This document shows, piece by piece, positions 16,447-26,152 of a DNA stretch of 64,000 nucleotides. A model generated the notes under the pieces. The model saw only the letters and a program-made list of their open reading frames with translations, did not search any database and was not told the origin of the DNA. The stretch spans positions 29,692-93,691 of the forward strand of contig CAZACP010000003.1 in assembly GCA_964483665.1 (NCBI GenBank), written 5' to 3'. How positions within the stretch are numbered: the stretch's first letter is position 1; each line of letters begins with the position of its first letter. The DNA comes from an uncultured Candidatus Saccharibacteria bacterium (GTDB lineage Bacteria; Patescibacteriota; Doudnabacteria; UBA920). The position numbers and the translations under genes were made by a program.

Positions 16447-19400
16447 TTACGGAGCTGTTTCTATTATAGAAGGCACGTTGCTAACATTAAACACTATTAA
16501 GGGTGTTGACGCCAGGGACTTTAAATTTGCTCCACTAACAGCGGATGTGTAGTTAATTTCAACGCTGTCTTTAAACCGACTAGAACTTTGAGTAGAAGTT
16601 GTATATATTTCCGCGTTGTAAGTTATAGAAGTGATTCCACCCTGAGCAATATTGTTAACTTTAATGTACAATGTCTGGTTTGGCGCTGTGCCACAAGCAA
16701 CAAAATGGTTGGCAGCTAGTGTAGTATAGTTAGTCCCGCTACAGTAAGAGCCGGCGGCGGTTTCTTCCACTAAGGAAGTGGCGCCTATTTTCATATTCCA
16801 ACCCGCAGTTGGTTTCCTTAAGTTAAGCAGCGTATCGGTAATTAACACATTACTGGCAGTTTCGCCGCCTGATAACACTTGGTTGGGCAAATTCACTGAG
16901 AATGTGACAATATCTAATTTGTTGTAAACAACATTGCCGGGAGTTTCATTATTCGAGTAAGCATTAGGTAAATATCCGGAAGGGGCTGTGCCATTAACTT
17001 TTGTAATATCTTTATTGCCATTTATGTCAGCATTACAGGAAGTTGCGCCAAGCGGACTACTTGTTATGTTTAATGGAGCAGATTCAAGCGAGCCTTTGTA
17101 AGAAACTACCCAGTAGTAATTGTTGCTAGAAGCGGCCGTGGTGTCTGTGTAAGTAGAAGCTGTGGTTCCATTGGTTAAATTGCCGCTTATGTTTGTTGCC
17201 GAGGCAAAATTATTGGAACTATTTCTGTACACCCTGTAACCGTCCACGCTCGAACCTACAGGAGTCCAAGTAATAACTATTTGGTTACAAGCAGAACCCC
17301 CTCCGCCTCCGCCACCGGTTGGCGACTGCGGCCTTACATTAACAGTTACGCTTTCTGTATCAGATCCGAACGCATTAGTACATTGCAAGGTAAAGGTGGC
17401 TGCAGAGGTTAAGTTTGAAGAAGCAACTGTACCGGAGCCATTATTGCTTCCGCCTGTGCCGGGGTCAAAGAATATGCCGCTTATAACCAAGTTGGCGGGA
17501 GCGTTGTTATTGGTGAACCTAAAAATTACATGCCCCGAAACATTCCAAACTCCATAAACTCCGTTGGTAAATGAACTGTAGGTTCTGGTATCTAAGACCG
17601 CGAGAGTATTTGCGTCAAGAACATTAACCGTCTGGTTTCTGCCGCCCTGGTAGGTATCCCAGTCAAGCATATAAATAGCAACTTTATGGCTATTGCCGTC
17701 TGTAATATTGATATTTAAATCCATGGTTGTAGCCGAATACCAAGTAGCTGCCGCGCGGGTACTGACCGAAGAACTTTCATAAGGAGCTCTGATGTCCGAG
17801 GTTGGGTCAGCCCAGGAATAAAAACTGTTACCGCTTGGAGTTACGGTCACATAGGACGGGTAGCTTTGCGTTCCGCCTAAAACATTATATCCATCTGCGC
17901 CATAAACTGTTTTCCAATTACCGCTGGTTGTAGTATCGCTGGAAATATAGGTTGCCGAATTACCCGAACCTCCTCCCACCACTGACCAAGGTCCGGCGGT
18001 GGAATTACAGGTAATTGGCTGAGTTCCGGTTGTAGACCAGGTTAAACTTGTCGGAGTATTGTAGTCAACCGGATTTGGGCTGGCGTTTAAAGTTATGGAG
18101 GGAGCTACGCCCGCGGTATTAACTATTAAAAGCGGGCTGGTTGAATGGCTTAAGCTGCCGCTTGCCTGGTCTGTTGCAGTAACGCTCAAGTTAAAGCTGC
18201 CTGTGCTGGCTGTTGCCTGGGAAGTAACAACTAAAGTGGTAGAAATGCTGCCTCCGTTCGGCACAACCGGATTTGTGGGAGAAAAGGTACAAGAAGCATT
18301 GTTAGGACAACTTCCAACGCTGGCAAAATTTACCGCTCCACTAAACCCGTTAAGCGAGGTTAAAGTTATTGTAAAAGAGGTAGACTGTCCCTGGGTAATA
18401 GTCTGACTGGCCGGAGAATGGCTAATGCTAAAGTCAGGCGCTGGCGTTACTGTAACAGTCGTTGTGTCAGAGCCAGACCCGCCCGGACCACTGCAGTTAA
18501 TAGTATAAGTTGTGTTAGCCGAAAGCGCGCCGGTAGACTGGCCGACTAAGTTGGAAGTGCCGGTGTAATTCCCCGGAGTTACTGTACAGCTGGTGGCGTT
18601 AGTAGAAGTCCAGGTTAAACTGGCGCTGCCGCCGCTTACAATAGTACAGTTATCTGCGACATTACACTTTATGTCCACCACCGGAGCTACCGGGGCTGCC
18701 TGGCTGGCGCTGCAGTTTACGCTATTTGAACCGCCGTTTTCACCGTTACAAACCCAAGTTACACTGCTGCCTGCGGAAGGAAAAGCTGTATTACTAGAAT
18801 TTCCTGCCGAACACTGAACATCTGGCGCATAACCACTTGTGCCGTTTGGATAGGTCTTGCCGCTAGCATTTCCACAAACACCGTTAACCGGAGTTAAACA
18901 GTCAGCGTTACCGTTGGCTAAATTACAAGAAGTTCCGCTGCACGAAGCAGTTGTGTTGGCAACACAAGAGTTGGCTACACAATGCCCGCCCGAAGCCGTA
19001 CCTGTTTGACAACTTCCCGCGTTGTTACAAAGACTGGTTCCGGCTGTGGTACAAACATTACTGTCATCACAAACAGAATTAAAGCTTGAAGCATAGCTGC
19101 ATGCCCCCCAGGCTGTACCTGTACCGTTACAAGTTCTGCTACCGGTACAGGTAGAACCATCAACCGAAGCGCAAGGCTGTGTATCGTTAGGCGTACACAC
19201 CCCACCGTTAACGGTTACAGTTGCTACATCCCTACTGTCAGCACAATAATACTGAGGCGCGTTATTGCTATTTTGGCAAGTTGCTGTAAAGGTTCCAGCC
19301 GAACTTTGGCTGCAGGTAAACCTATAACGAGTACCGTTAACATTGGCCGGATATTCAGAATTAATCCAAGCACACCCGGAAGGCGGCGAAATAGAGCTTG

Positions 19401-21117
19401 AGTTAACCCCAAAATCACAAAAGGCGTAGTAAGTTGAACCAACGGTTGTAGTTAACGAATTAGTCGGCGGACCCGAAGGACTGCTGGAAACCCCGCTGTT
19501 AGCAGAACTATAGGTTACCGGATTACAACTTAAAGTTGAACATTGTAATTTTGCTAAATTTAAAACTTGAGTACCGCTGCCGTTATTACAAACTATTGCG
19601 GCCCTATTCCAGTAGGTTTGCCCAGGCTGTAAGTTGGTTGTGGTAAAACTAAGATCGTGATAACTGCTACTAAGGCCTATGTCCTTACAGTTTGTTGGGT
19701 CATAAGAAGCATCGCCATTAACAGCACAAAGTCCGGTGTCTACATTAGTTTCCAAAGGATGGGCTCTAAAAACTTGCCTATTTACCGAAGCAGCTCCTGT
19801 CCCGCTCCAGTCCTCCCAATTTATTCTGTAACTGGTAGCGCTAAGTTGGGTACAGGTTCCGGAGCTTGGATTAGTAGTCAAAAGACTAGAACACGGCGGG
19901 TTTTGAACAACCAAATCAACCGAAGCCGTGTCTGTACAAGTGCCACCACAGGTTGGACTGGTAAACCAACTACCACTTCTATATCCATCCGGTGACTTTG
20001 CGTTCATTGAAATTGGGTAAGTATTCGGGACAGTTCCTCCACTAGTCCTAACCAATAAAGTCAAACTTTCAGGCAAATACATACTAAAATTTATGGTTCC
20101 TGTTCTCCAATCTGTCGTTGAATAACTAGAATATGCAGCGCCCAAACCTCCCCCTGTATTTGCATCTCCAACACCGTCCCAGTTTCCGTCATCATCAGGG
20201 TCATTAAAGCGCATTGGCGCGTATAAACCGGAAGTTCCCGCGCCTGCATCTATCCTACATTCAAGGCCGGCAGGGCAGTTAAAGGTAAAATTAAGCGGGG
20301 TTGGTACGCCGCCAACAGACACACTCACAGCATAACTGACTGACCCACCCGGACTTACCGACTGACTGTTTGGCAACGCACTTATATCTATTTGAGTTTC
20401 ACATTCGGCATTGGAACTGCAGGTACCTACAACCGGACAAGTTTCTGCGCTTGTCCCATTAAACCCCGTGTTATTTAAAGTAACCGACTGACATGAACCA
20501 TAACGACAAACGTTCGCGCTAGTTGGACAGTAAATGGAATTACCGCAAGCAGGTGTAGTTACCCTTTGGTAGTCTAAGTGAGAAGATATAACAAAATTAC
20601 CGCTCGCCGGGAGTCCAGGAATTGAAGTGCCGCAAGTGGTTACTCCTGAATTAGTTGAACAACTGCCTGCAGGAACTGTGACTGTGCCTAATGGAGTTCC
20701 GGTATACCTGTCTGTAGCCACAAAAGTAACAGAGCTTAAATTTTCACCGGTATTAAATCCGGCCGGCACGCTAACACCTACCTGCTGAACACTCGAAACT
20801 GGCATACTTTGGCTTACTGTTGTCTGTCCGTTAACAGCAACAGGCGAAGCTATTACCCCGGAACCAGACAACCCGGCTGTAACACTATTGTATGTACTTG
20901 CATTAAAACCGGGAGGTAAAGTATTTGTGCTTGAATACTCACCACCACACAAACTCCCGCCAAGTTCAACCGAACCGATTTGGGAATATAAGGTAACCGA
21001 AGCAGAAACACTTCTGTTTAAACTAAAAAATACCGCGAACAAGGCTATAAAAAAAGTAAAAAAATATTTAATATAATTATTTGAATTAAAAAGTAATTTA
21101 AAATTTTTGTTTCTCAT
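16447..21117 (-). CDS. Giant secreted Cys/Ser/Thr/Gly-rich surface protein (1556 aa) with a fibronectin-III-like domain; putative adhesin
   Basis: Signal anchor FFTFFIALFAVFFSL; FN3-like segment CNQIVITWTPVGSSVDGYRVYRNSSNNF...YYWVVSYKG; multiple Cys-rich blocks (CSGTSCNLANGNADCLTPVNGVCGN). Confidence 0.7.
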   Translation of the reverse strand: MRNKNFKLLFNSNNYIKYFFTFFIALFAVFFSLNRSVSASVTLYSQIGSVELGGSLCGGEYSSTNTLPPGFNASTYNSVTAGLSGSGVIASPVAVNGQTTVSQSMPVSSVQQVGVSVPAGFNTGENLSSVTFVATDRYTGTPLGTVTVPAGSCSTNSGVTTCGTSIPGLPASGNFVISSHLDYQRVTTPACGNSIYCPTSANVCRYGSCQSVTLNNTGFNGTSAETCPVVGTCSSNAECETQIDISALPNSQSVSPGGSVSYAVSVSVGGVPTPLNFTFNCPAGLECRIDAGAGTSGLYAPMRFNDPDDDGNWDGVGDANTGGGLGAAYSSYSTTDWRTGTINFSMYLPESLTLLVRTSGGTVPNTYPISMNAKSPDGYRSGSWFTSPTCGGTCTDTASVDLVVQNPPCSSLLTTNPSSGTCTQLSATSYRINWEDWSGTGAASVNRQVFRAHPLETNVDTGLCAVNGDASYDPTNCKDIGLSSSYHDLSFTTTNLQPGQTYWNRAAIVCNNGSGTQVLNLAKLQCSTLSCNPVTYSSANSGVSSSPSGPPTNSLTTTVGSTYYAFCDFGVNSSSISPPSGCAWINSEYPANVNGTRYRFTCSQSSAGTFTATCQNSNNAPQYYCADSRDVATVTVNGGVCTPNDTQPCASVDGSTCTGSRTCNGTGTAWGACSYASSFNSVCDDSNVCTTAGTSLCNNAGSCQTGTASGGHCVANSCVANTTASCSGTSCNLANGNADCLTPVNGVCGNASGKTYPNGTSGYAPDVQCSAGNSSNTAFPSAGSSVTWVCNGENGGSNSVNCSASQAAPVAPVVDIKCNVADNCTIVSGGSASLTWTSTNATSCTVTPGNYTGTSNLVGQSTGALSANTTYTINCSGPGGSGSDTTTVTVTPAPDFSISHSPASQTITQGQSTSFTITLTSLNGFSGAVNFASVGSCPNNASCTFSPTNPVVPNGGSISTTLVVTSQATASTGSFNLSVTATDQASGSLSHSTSPLLIVNTAGVAPSITLNASPNPVDYNTPTSLTWSTTGTQPITCNSTAGPWSVVGGGSGNSATYISSDTTTSGNWKTVYGADGYNVLGGTQSYPSYVTVTPSGNSFYSWADPTSDIRAPYESSSVSTRAAATWYSATTMDLNINITDGNSHKVAIYMLDWDTYQGGRNQTVNVLDANTLAVLDTRTYSSFTNGVYGVWNVSGHVIFRFTNNNAPANLVISGIFFDPGTGGSNNGSGTVASSNLTSAATFTLQCTNAFGSDTESVTVNVRPQSPTGGGGGGGSACNQIVITWTPVGSSVDGYRVYRNSSNNFASATNISGNLTNGTTASTYTDTTAASSNNYYWVVSYKGSLESAPLNITSSPLGATSCNADINGNKDITKVNGTAPSGYLPNAYSNNETPGNVVYNKLDIVTFSVNLPNQVLSGGETASNVLITDTLLNLRKPTAGWNMKIGATSLVEETAAGSYCSGTNYTTLAANHFVACGTAPNQTLYIKVNNIAQGGITSITYNAEIYTTSTQSSSRFKDSVEINYTSAVSGANLKSLASTPLIVFNVSNVPSIIETAP

Positions 21118-21123
21118 ATTAAT

Positions 21124-21606
21124 TTAATTTGAATAAACAAAGTTAATATAAACTTCATTTTTTAATGTTGCGGTATTTTGACTCATTGTAATAAGCACAA
21201 CCGCTTTGTCTTTTGCGGCAAAAATACTTTTTATTAACTTGTCGTTGACGGTCTGCGTTATTTTCCAACCATTTTGCTGCAAATAATCGTTGTATAATTT
21301 ATATTTTTGAGCCAATGTCTGGCTGGTTTCAAAACTCCTGGTAGATTGGTATTTATTGTCTTTATTTAAATTAAAATTGGAAATTACTGTCACATCTTTT
21401 TCTATAGGAAAATCGGCCGGAAACATTTCTGGCAGCTTTTCCGTATCTACGGCTACTATTCCTTCGGGTTTAGTTTGAGTATTTTGTAAATTGTTTGATG
21501 GTAATGGTTCTTGCGTGTTTTGCTTCTTAATTTTTGGCTTAAAAGCCAAAATTAACGCGACAACAATTAAGACAGCGAATATTAAAATTTGTGACTTTTT
21601 TGACAT
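21124..21606 (-). CDS. Small membrane-anchored protein, paralog A (family shared with 24049-24549)
   Basis: MSKKSQILIFAVLIVVALILAF...EKLPEMFPADFPIEKD...YKLYNDYLQQNGWKI aligns along its whole length with the 24049-24549 product. Confidence 0.6.
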   Translation of the reverse strand: MSKKSQILIFAVLIVVALILAFKPKIKKQNTQEPLPSNNLQNTQTKPEGIVAVDTEKLPEMFPADFPIEKDVTVISNFNLNKDNKYQSTRSFETSQTLAQKYKLYNDYLQQNGWKITQTVNDKLIKSIFAAKDKAVVLITMSQNTATLKNEVYINFVYSN

Positions 21607-21759
21607 ATTTTAAATTTATTTTTTATTTCTCTCTTTAAACAAGGCTTAAAATTTTCCTATTAAAATTTTAGGAAATATAATATTTGATTTTACTATACCA
21701 TATTTTTTATGGCTTTACCACATTTATCCACACAGGCTAAATTTCACATTTTGCCATAA

Positions 21760-21788
21760 TTGACAAAAAATGCAAAATATGATACAAT
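21760..21788 (+). promoter_or_regulatory. Near-consensus sigma70 promoter (TTGACA, 17 nt, TACAAT) for the S8 peptidase gene
   Basis: ttgacaaaaaatgcaaaatatgatacaat; AGGAGG Shine-Dalgarno at 21805-21810; ATG at 21820. Confidence 0.6.
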
Positions 21789-21819
21789 ATACAAACAGTT
21801 CCGAAGGAGGAACCTAACT

Positions 21820-23940
21820 ATGCGTTTTGCAACGCTTCTTTTTGTCTTTTCTTGCGTACTTGTTAGCGCGCAAGAACGCTTTTCAACTCGTGCCCTGACC
21901 TCACAGGGCTACATAACCCGGGAGTATTGGGCGGGCGAGATAATCGCAAAGCCCAAAGGCTACGCCGGCGTCTCGGCCAAAACCGAAACCCGCTCCGCTC
22001 TCGCTGAAGCCGTAGTTGATGCTTTGGGCTACGCGTACATCCCCCACACCGGAGATGTCGCATCACTCACTGCCCGCGCTACCGCAATGTCAGCAAACCC
22101 AGACTTCGAGTCGGTTTCGCTGTCGCCGGTAGCCAAAGCAGACCAAGCGCCTCAGCCTGTTAATGACCCAGCCTTTTGGCTGCAGTGGGGTCTTGGCAAT
22201 TCCCTGCCCGCTGGCTCTTCGTGGAAGCCAAGCACCAAGAGGTTTGACAACCTCTACATCGGATCGTTTGACACTGGCGCCTGCTTCGGTCACGAGGACT
22301 TTGACTGGAGTAGAAATGAGGTCAAACTCAACTACAACGCCATACTCGCGCCAAAATCACCCGAGGCCATACCTTTTGACGACAACGGCCATGGGTGCGC
22401 AACTACCGGCATCGTCGCAGCCAAGTCCAACAACCGATTAGGTATTTCGGGTATGGCGGACAACGTCAAGACCGCATACATAAAGGTTCTCGATGCTAAG
22501 GGCAACGGCAAGGTCAAGGACATTGTTTCCGGCATTCTCGAATACGCAACCCGCGTCAAGAATATGCCGGCAGGGTCTAGATTCCTTGCCATAATGGCTT
22601 TCGGCTTCGAAGAACAGGTGCCGCCCATCGAGGAGGCCGTCCAAATCGCCCGCAAAGCAGGGATCATGTTCTTTGCTTCCGCGGGAAACGAGGGTTGGGA
22701 TCTAAGCCGCTTTAAGAAAACACCGGCAACAACTGACGGCGTAATCTCGGTAGCGGCCTGCACTCCCCAAAACGAGCTTGTAGTTAAGACGTTCTGGGCT
22801 TCCAACTACGGGAATCCCGTACTCGGGTGTGCCGCGGGAGTAGAAGTCTGGACAACGGTTCCAAAGCCAACAGAAAGCAGCAGCTACGAACTAGCAGACC
22901 CTTCCGGCTATAAAATGCTTGAGGGAACGTCGTTCGCTGTCTCTTTCTACGCCGGTGCTGCTGCCCAACTCATAAACGAAAAACCGGATATATCCGAAGA
23001 GGAAATCCGGATTCGGCTTATGAACGGCAACCGTAAGGTTGCGCCCGCTACGATTTGGAAACGGTCTTATCAAGGTCCGGATCTGTTCGTTTCAGGCAGC
23101 AGCCTCTACTTACCAACTGCCCTGGCGGAAGATAACCAAGCTCCGGCGCAACCGGTTTTGGAAATCACGCCCGGCCACAGCTCGGCTCGCATAAGGCTTT
23201 CAGACACGGAAAGGCCGTTCGGCATTCGCTGCGCCTATGGCAACATAGGCGACCAGCAAATACTCGAACTGGTGCCGTACTTTGGCAACGAGGATATTAT
23301 TCTCAAAAACCAAGACGGTACCCCGCTTCCTTCCTCCACCGACCTTCAAGTCGCGTGCAAAATGGTAGACGGCGCCGGCAACTGGTCACCTCTTTCCCGC
23401 GGGGCTTCGTTCCACACCAAGGAAAGCAAAAGTGAAGCGGTTTCGCTCAACCTGTTCAACGCCAGTCTGGGTCCCTTGGGCGACATAATTGCCCAGGCTG
23501 ACCCAAACACCAGGCCGTTATGGTCTCCTAAGGAGTTCCCTCTGCTGGGACAAATGACCTGGTACGCCGGAACACAAGCGTTGAACTACCGGGTCGGCGA
23601 CAACGACTCGGTACTGGTGTCCGAACCCATCGCCCTACCCGAGGGCTCAGTGTCAATTAATCTGCGACAGTTTGTGCAGATGATTGGCACCCGCGCCCAA
23701 GGAATGCACTTTGACAGCTCAGAACTGTCAGTGCTGTGGCAAGAGGACGGCCAAGAACGGCAAAAAGTCCTTCGGCAGATAATGCCGAACTCCAAAGAGT
23801 TCGGGCTAGAAGCCTTTCAACTCGACGTCACCGAATTCGCGGGCAAGACCGTCCGCCTCCAATTCCGCCTGTTTACCAACGGCTCCTCCGTTGGCATAGG
23901 CTGGATTGTCGGGGCCGTGGAGGTACGTAGCGACAAGTAG
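21820..23940 (+). CDS. Secreted subtilisin-like serine peptidase (S8 family), in a GC-rich island
   Basis: Signal peptide MRFATLLFVFSCVLVSAQE; catalytic triad motifs GSFDTGACFGHEDF (Asp), NGHGCATTGIVAA (His), GTSFAVSFYAGAAAQL (Ser). The ORF track start at 21760 lacks a Shine-Dalgarno, so 21820 is preferred. Confidence 0.85.
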   Translation: MRFATLLFVFSCVLVSAQERFSTRALTSQGYITREYWAGEIIAKPKGYAGVSAKTETRSALAEAVVDALGYAYIPHTGDVASLTARATAMSANPDFESVSLSPVAKADQAPQPVNDPAFWLQWGLGNSLPAGSSWKPSTKRFDNLYIGSFDTGACFGHEDFDWSRNEVKLNYNAILAPKSPEAIPFDDNGHGCATTGIVAAKSNNRLGISGMADNVKTAYIKVLDAKGNGKVKDIVSGILEYATRVKNMPAGSRFLAIMAFGFEEQVPPIEEAVQIARKAGIMFFASAGNEGWDLSRFKKTPATTDGVISVAACTPQNELVVKTFWASNYGNPVLGCAAGVEVWTTVPKPTESSSYELADPSGYKMLEGTSFAVSFYAGAAAQLINEKPDISEEEIRIRLMNGNRKVAPATIWKRSYQGPDLFVSGSSLYLPTALAEDNQAPAQPVLEITPGHSSARIRLSDTERPFGIRCAYGNIGDQQILELVPYFGNEDIILKNQDGTPLPSSTDLQVACKMVDGAGNWSPLSRGASFHTKESKSEAVSLNLFNASLGPLGDIIAQADPNTRPLWSPKEFPLLGQMTWYAGTQALNYRVGDNDSVLVSEPIALPEGSVSINLRQFVQMIGTRAQGMHFDSSELSVLWQEDGQERQKVLRQIMPNSKEFGLEAFQLDVTEFAGKTVRLQFRLFTNGSSVGIGWIVGAVEVRSDK

Positions 23941-24048
23941 TCAACTTGTCGGCTAGTTCCTCCTTCGGCAACGAAAAAGCAGCATAGTTACCAAACGCAA
24001 AAACGCCGGAGAGCTATAAACTCACCGGCGTTTTCATTTTGCTTATTT

Positions 24049-24549
24049 TTATTTTATCGGCTGTAAGAAACCAATATCCACTTCCACATTATTGGTAGCG
24101 CTGTTGGTGGAAACGCTTATGGTGGCTGTTATTTTAGCCGGCGATTCCGCGGAAATAGACTTAAACGCCGGCGTGTCGACCGAGGTTAAAATAGTCCATT
24201 TATTTTTTGTAAAATAATCGTTATAAATTTTATAATTCTCGTCCAAAGTTTTTTTGCTTACAAAACGCCTGGAACTCTGAAGCCCGGAAGCGGTTTTGGC
24301 GCTATAGTTACTAACCACTATTGCGTCTTTCTCTAAAGGAAACCCGGCCACAAAACCTTCCGGCAATTTTTCCACCGGAGTTTCTTCCTTGGTAAATGGC
24401 AAAACGGGCTTAACCTCGGCAGGAGTTTGAGTATTGTTTTGTTCCTGCTTACCCGGCTTGTACATTTTGGACTTGTTTAAAGCCCACAAGCCAAACAAGG
24501 CAATTGCCACAATTGCTAAAACTATTATTACTGCTATTTTTTTAGACAT
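24049..24549 (-). CDS. Small membrane-anchored protein, paralog B
   Basis: MSKKIAVIIVLAIVAIALFGL...EKLPEGFVAGFPLEKD...YKIYNDYFTKNKWTI; paralog of 21124-21606. Confidence 0.6.
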   Translation of the reverse strand: MSKKIAVIIVLAIVAIALFGLWALNKSKMYKPGKQEQNNTQTPAEVKPVLPFTKEETPVEKLPEGFVAGFPLEKDAIVVSNYSAKTASGLQSSRRFVSKKTLDENYKIYNDYFTKNKWTILTSVDTPAFKSISAESPAKITATISVSTNSATNNVEVDIGFLQPIK

Positions 24550-24822
24550 TTTGTTTCAAATTTACTGGTTATAGTCTGCGCGGCTTTTTGCCGGCAAAAT
24601 TTACTTATATATTATAGCATATTGCTTGTCAAACAAAAAACTGGCATAATATTTGTGGAAACTAATAATATTAGGGTATTGTGATTTTAGTAATACTTTT
24701 TTAGTATCAAAATAATCTGCCTGCCCTGTACTATAGCTTTAGCTTCTAGTACCGGGGTGTATCAGTGAATAAATAATTAATAGCATCTGCGTAATCTGTG
24801 CTATCTGCGCATCTGTGAATTT

Positions 24823-25221
24823 ATGTTTAAAGGCTTTAAACAATTTATTTTAAGGGGCAATGTCATAGACCTGGCCGTAGGCGTAGTAATTGGCGCGGCT
24901 TTTGGCAGTATTGTTAATTCCATAGTTAAAGACATATTAACTCCTTTAATAGGCGCGATTGCCAAAGTTCCGGACTTTTCCAGCTTAACTTTTACTTTAA
25001 ACGGCAGTAAGTTTATGCTGGGTTCTTTTTTAAACGCCCTTATTTCTTTTCTTTTAGTTTCTTCGGCCGTGTATTTTTTTGTTGTTACCCCAATGAATGC
25101 GCTGGTTGCCCGCACCCGCAAAGAGCCGTCACAAGACCCGACCACTAAAAAGTGCCCCAAATGCTTTAGTGAAATAAACCTAAAAGCCACCCGCTGCGCC
25201 TTCTGCACCAGCGAAATATAA
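24823..25221 (+). CDS. mscL: Large-conductance mechanosensitive channel MscL with a C-terminal CxxC...CxxC zinc-ribbon-like tail
   Basis: MFKGFKQFILRGNVIDLAVGVVIGAAFGSIVNSIVKDILTPLIG matches the MscL N-terminus (FKEFAxRGNVVDLAVGVIIGAAF); the tail is CPKCFSEINLKATRCAFC. Confidence 0.9.
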   Translation: MFKGFKQFILRGNVIDLAVGVVIGAAFGSIVNSIVKDILTPLIGAIAKVPDFSSLTFTLNGSKFMLGSFLNALISFLLVSSAVYFFVVTPMNALVARTRKEPSQDPTTKKCPKCFSEINLKATRCAFCTSEI

Positions 25222-25258
25222 TAACCCAAAAACCCAAACCGCCTTTTACTAAAAATGT

Positions 25259-25301
25259 TTTGTTGCTCTTTAGTCACATATGTGACTTTTTAGCAACAAA
25301 A
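25259..25301. promoter_or_regulatory. Perfect 43-bp palindrome TTGTTGCTCTTTAGTCACATATGTGACTTTTTAGCAACAAAA (copy 1), upstream of the PaaX-like gene
   Basis: Read directly; the second copy at 26072-26115 differs by 2 nt; the two flank the gene at 25320-26012. Confidence 0.8.
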
Positions 25302-25319
25302 CAGTCACACTAAATTTTT

Positions 25320-26012
25320 ATGACAAAAAAAGAAATAATAAAAAAGCGGCGCTTAAAACTTGGCGGGCTAATAAACAAATATTCGGGACTCAAAAAAGAA
25401 TGGTTCAGCCCAAAAGAAATTGAGCAATTTCAAAATGCAAGCCTAGTTGTAATGACCTTGGTGGGAATACTTGGCCTTGCCGCGGTGAGCACGGTGGCGC
25501 CTAATGCTTTACAAATTTTAGGTAAAACAATTTTCAAAAAACAAGAACAAAGGCTTGGGCGAAGCCTGACTAAAAGAGAAAAGGAAATAAAAACAGCACA
25601 AATTTTTTACTATCTCAAACGCTCGGGGCTTATAACTCTAAAACCAAGCAATAACGACTTAAAAGCAGAGCTTACAAAAAAAGGAGAACTTATTCTAGCC
25701 AAAACCAAATTTGGCTTTCTAAAAGTGCCGAAAAAAGTTTGGGATGGTAAGTGGTGGCAAGTCGCGGCTGATATACCCACCCTAACACATAGGACTGCGG
25801 CAGACATGTTTCGAAAAAAAATCAAAAGTATGGGCTTTTATGCTTTACAGCGTACTTTGTGGTTCTACCCTTTTGACCCCCGCAAAGAGCTACAACTACT
25901 AGCTGAACACTATAATGTAGAAAAATACATAACTGTAATGGAAATTAGTAGAATGGATATTGAAGACGAAAAGTTTTTAAAACAACACTTTGCCGCCTTA
26001 GGGTTAATGTAA
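25320..26012 (+). CDS. PaaX-family-like transcriptional regulator (C-terminal PaaX_C-like domain)
   Basis: WDGKWWQVAADIPTLTHRTAADMFRKKIKSMGFYALQRTLWFYPFDP resembles the PaaX C-terminal domain pattern (WDG.W..V.Y.IPE..R..R..L...L...GF..L..SVW.). Confidence 0.5.
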   Translation: MTKKEIIKKRRLKLGGLINKYSGLKKEWFSPKEIEQFQNASLVVMTLVGILGLAAVSTVAPNALQILGKTIFKKQEQRLGRSLTKREKEIKTAQIFYYLKRSGLITLKPSNNDLKAELTKKGELILAKTKFGFLKVPKKVWDGKWWQVAADIPTLTHRTAADMFRKKIKSMGFYALQRTLWFYPFDPRKELQLLAEHYNVEKYITVMEISRMDIEDEKFLKQHFAALGLM

Positions 26013-26071
26013 TTTTTATTATTTTTTACATATAAACCCGGCCTTTAAACGCCTATTAATTATCCAACTCC

Positions 26072-26115
26072 ATTTGTTGCTATTTAGTCACATATGTGAC
26101 TTTTTAGCAACAAAT
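26072..26115. promoter_or_regulatory. Palindrome copy 2, ATTTGTTGCTATTTAGTCACATATGTGACTTTTTAGCAACAAAT
   Basis: Read directly; downstream of the PaaX-like gene. Confidence 0.8.
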
Positions 26116-26152
26116 AGGTTTTTAGATGTTATAAGATAGAAATTTTGATTGT

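Noticed and set aside
17000-20000. Short plus-strand ORFs inside the giant surface-protein gene (18095-18406, 18593-18817, 19657-19995 and others)
   Set aside because: They are embedded antisense in a continuous 4.7-kb reading frame. They have GC-rich coding-strand bias and no start signals.
24801-25277. 158-aa minus-strand ORF overlapping mscL
   Set aside because: It is antisense to a highly conserved MscL reading frame, has no Shine-Dalgarno, and its product is low-complexity.
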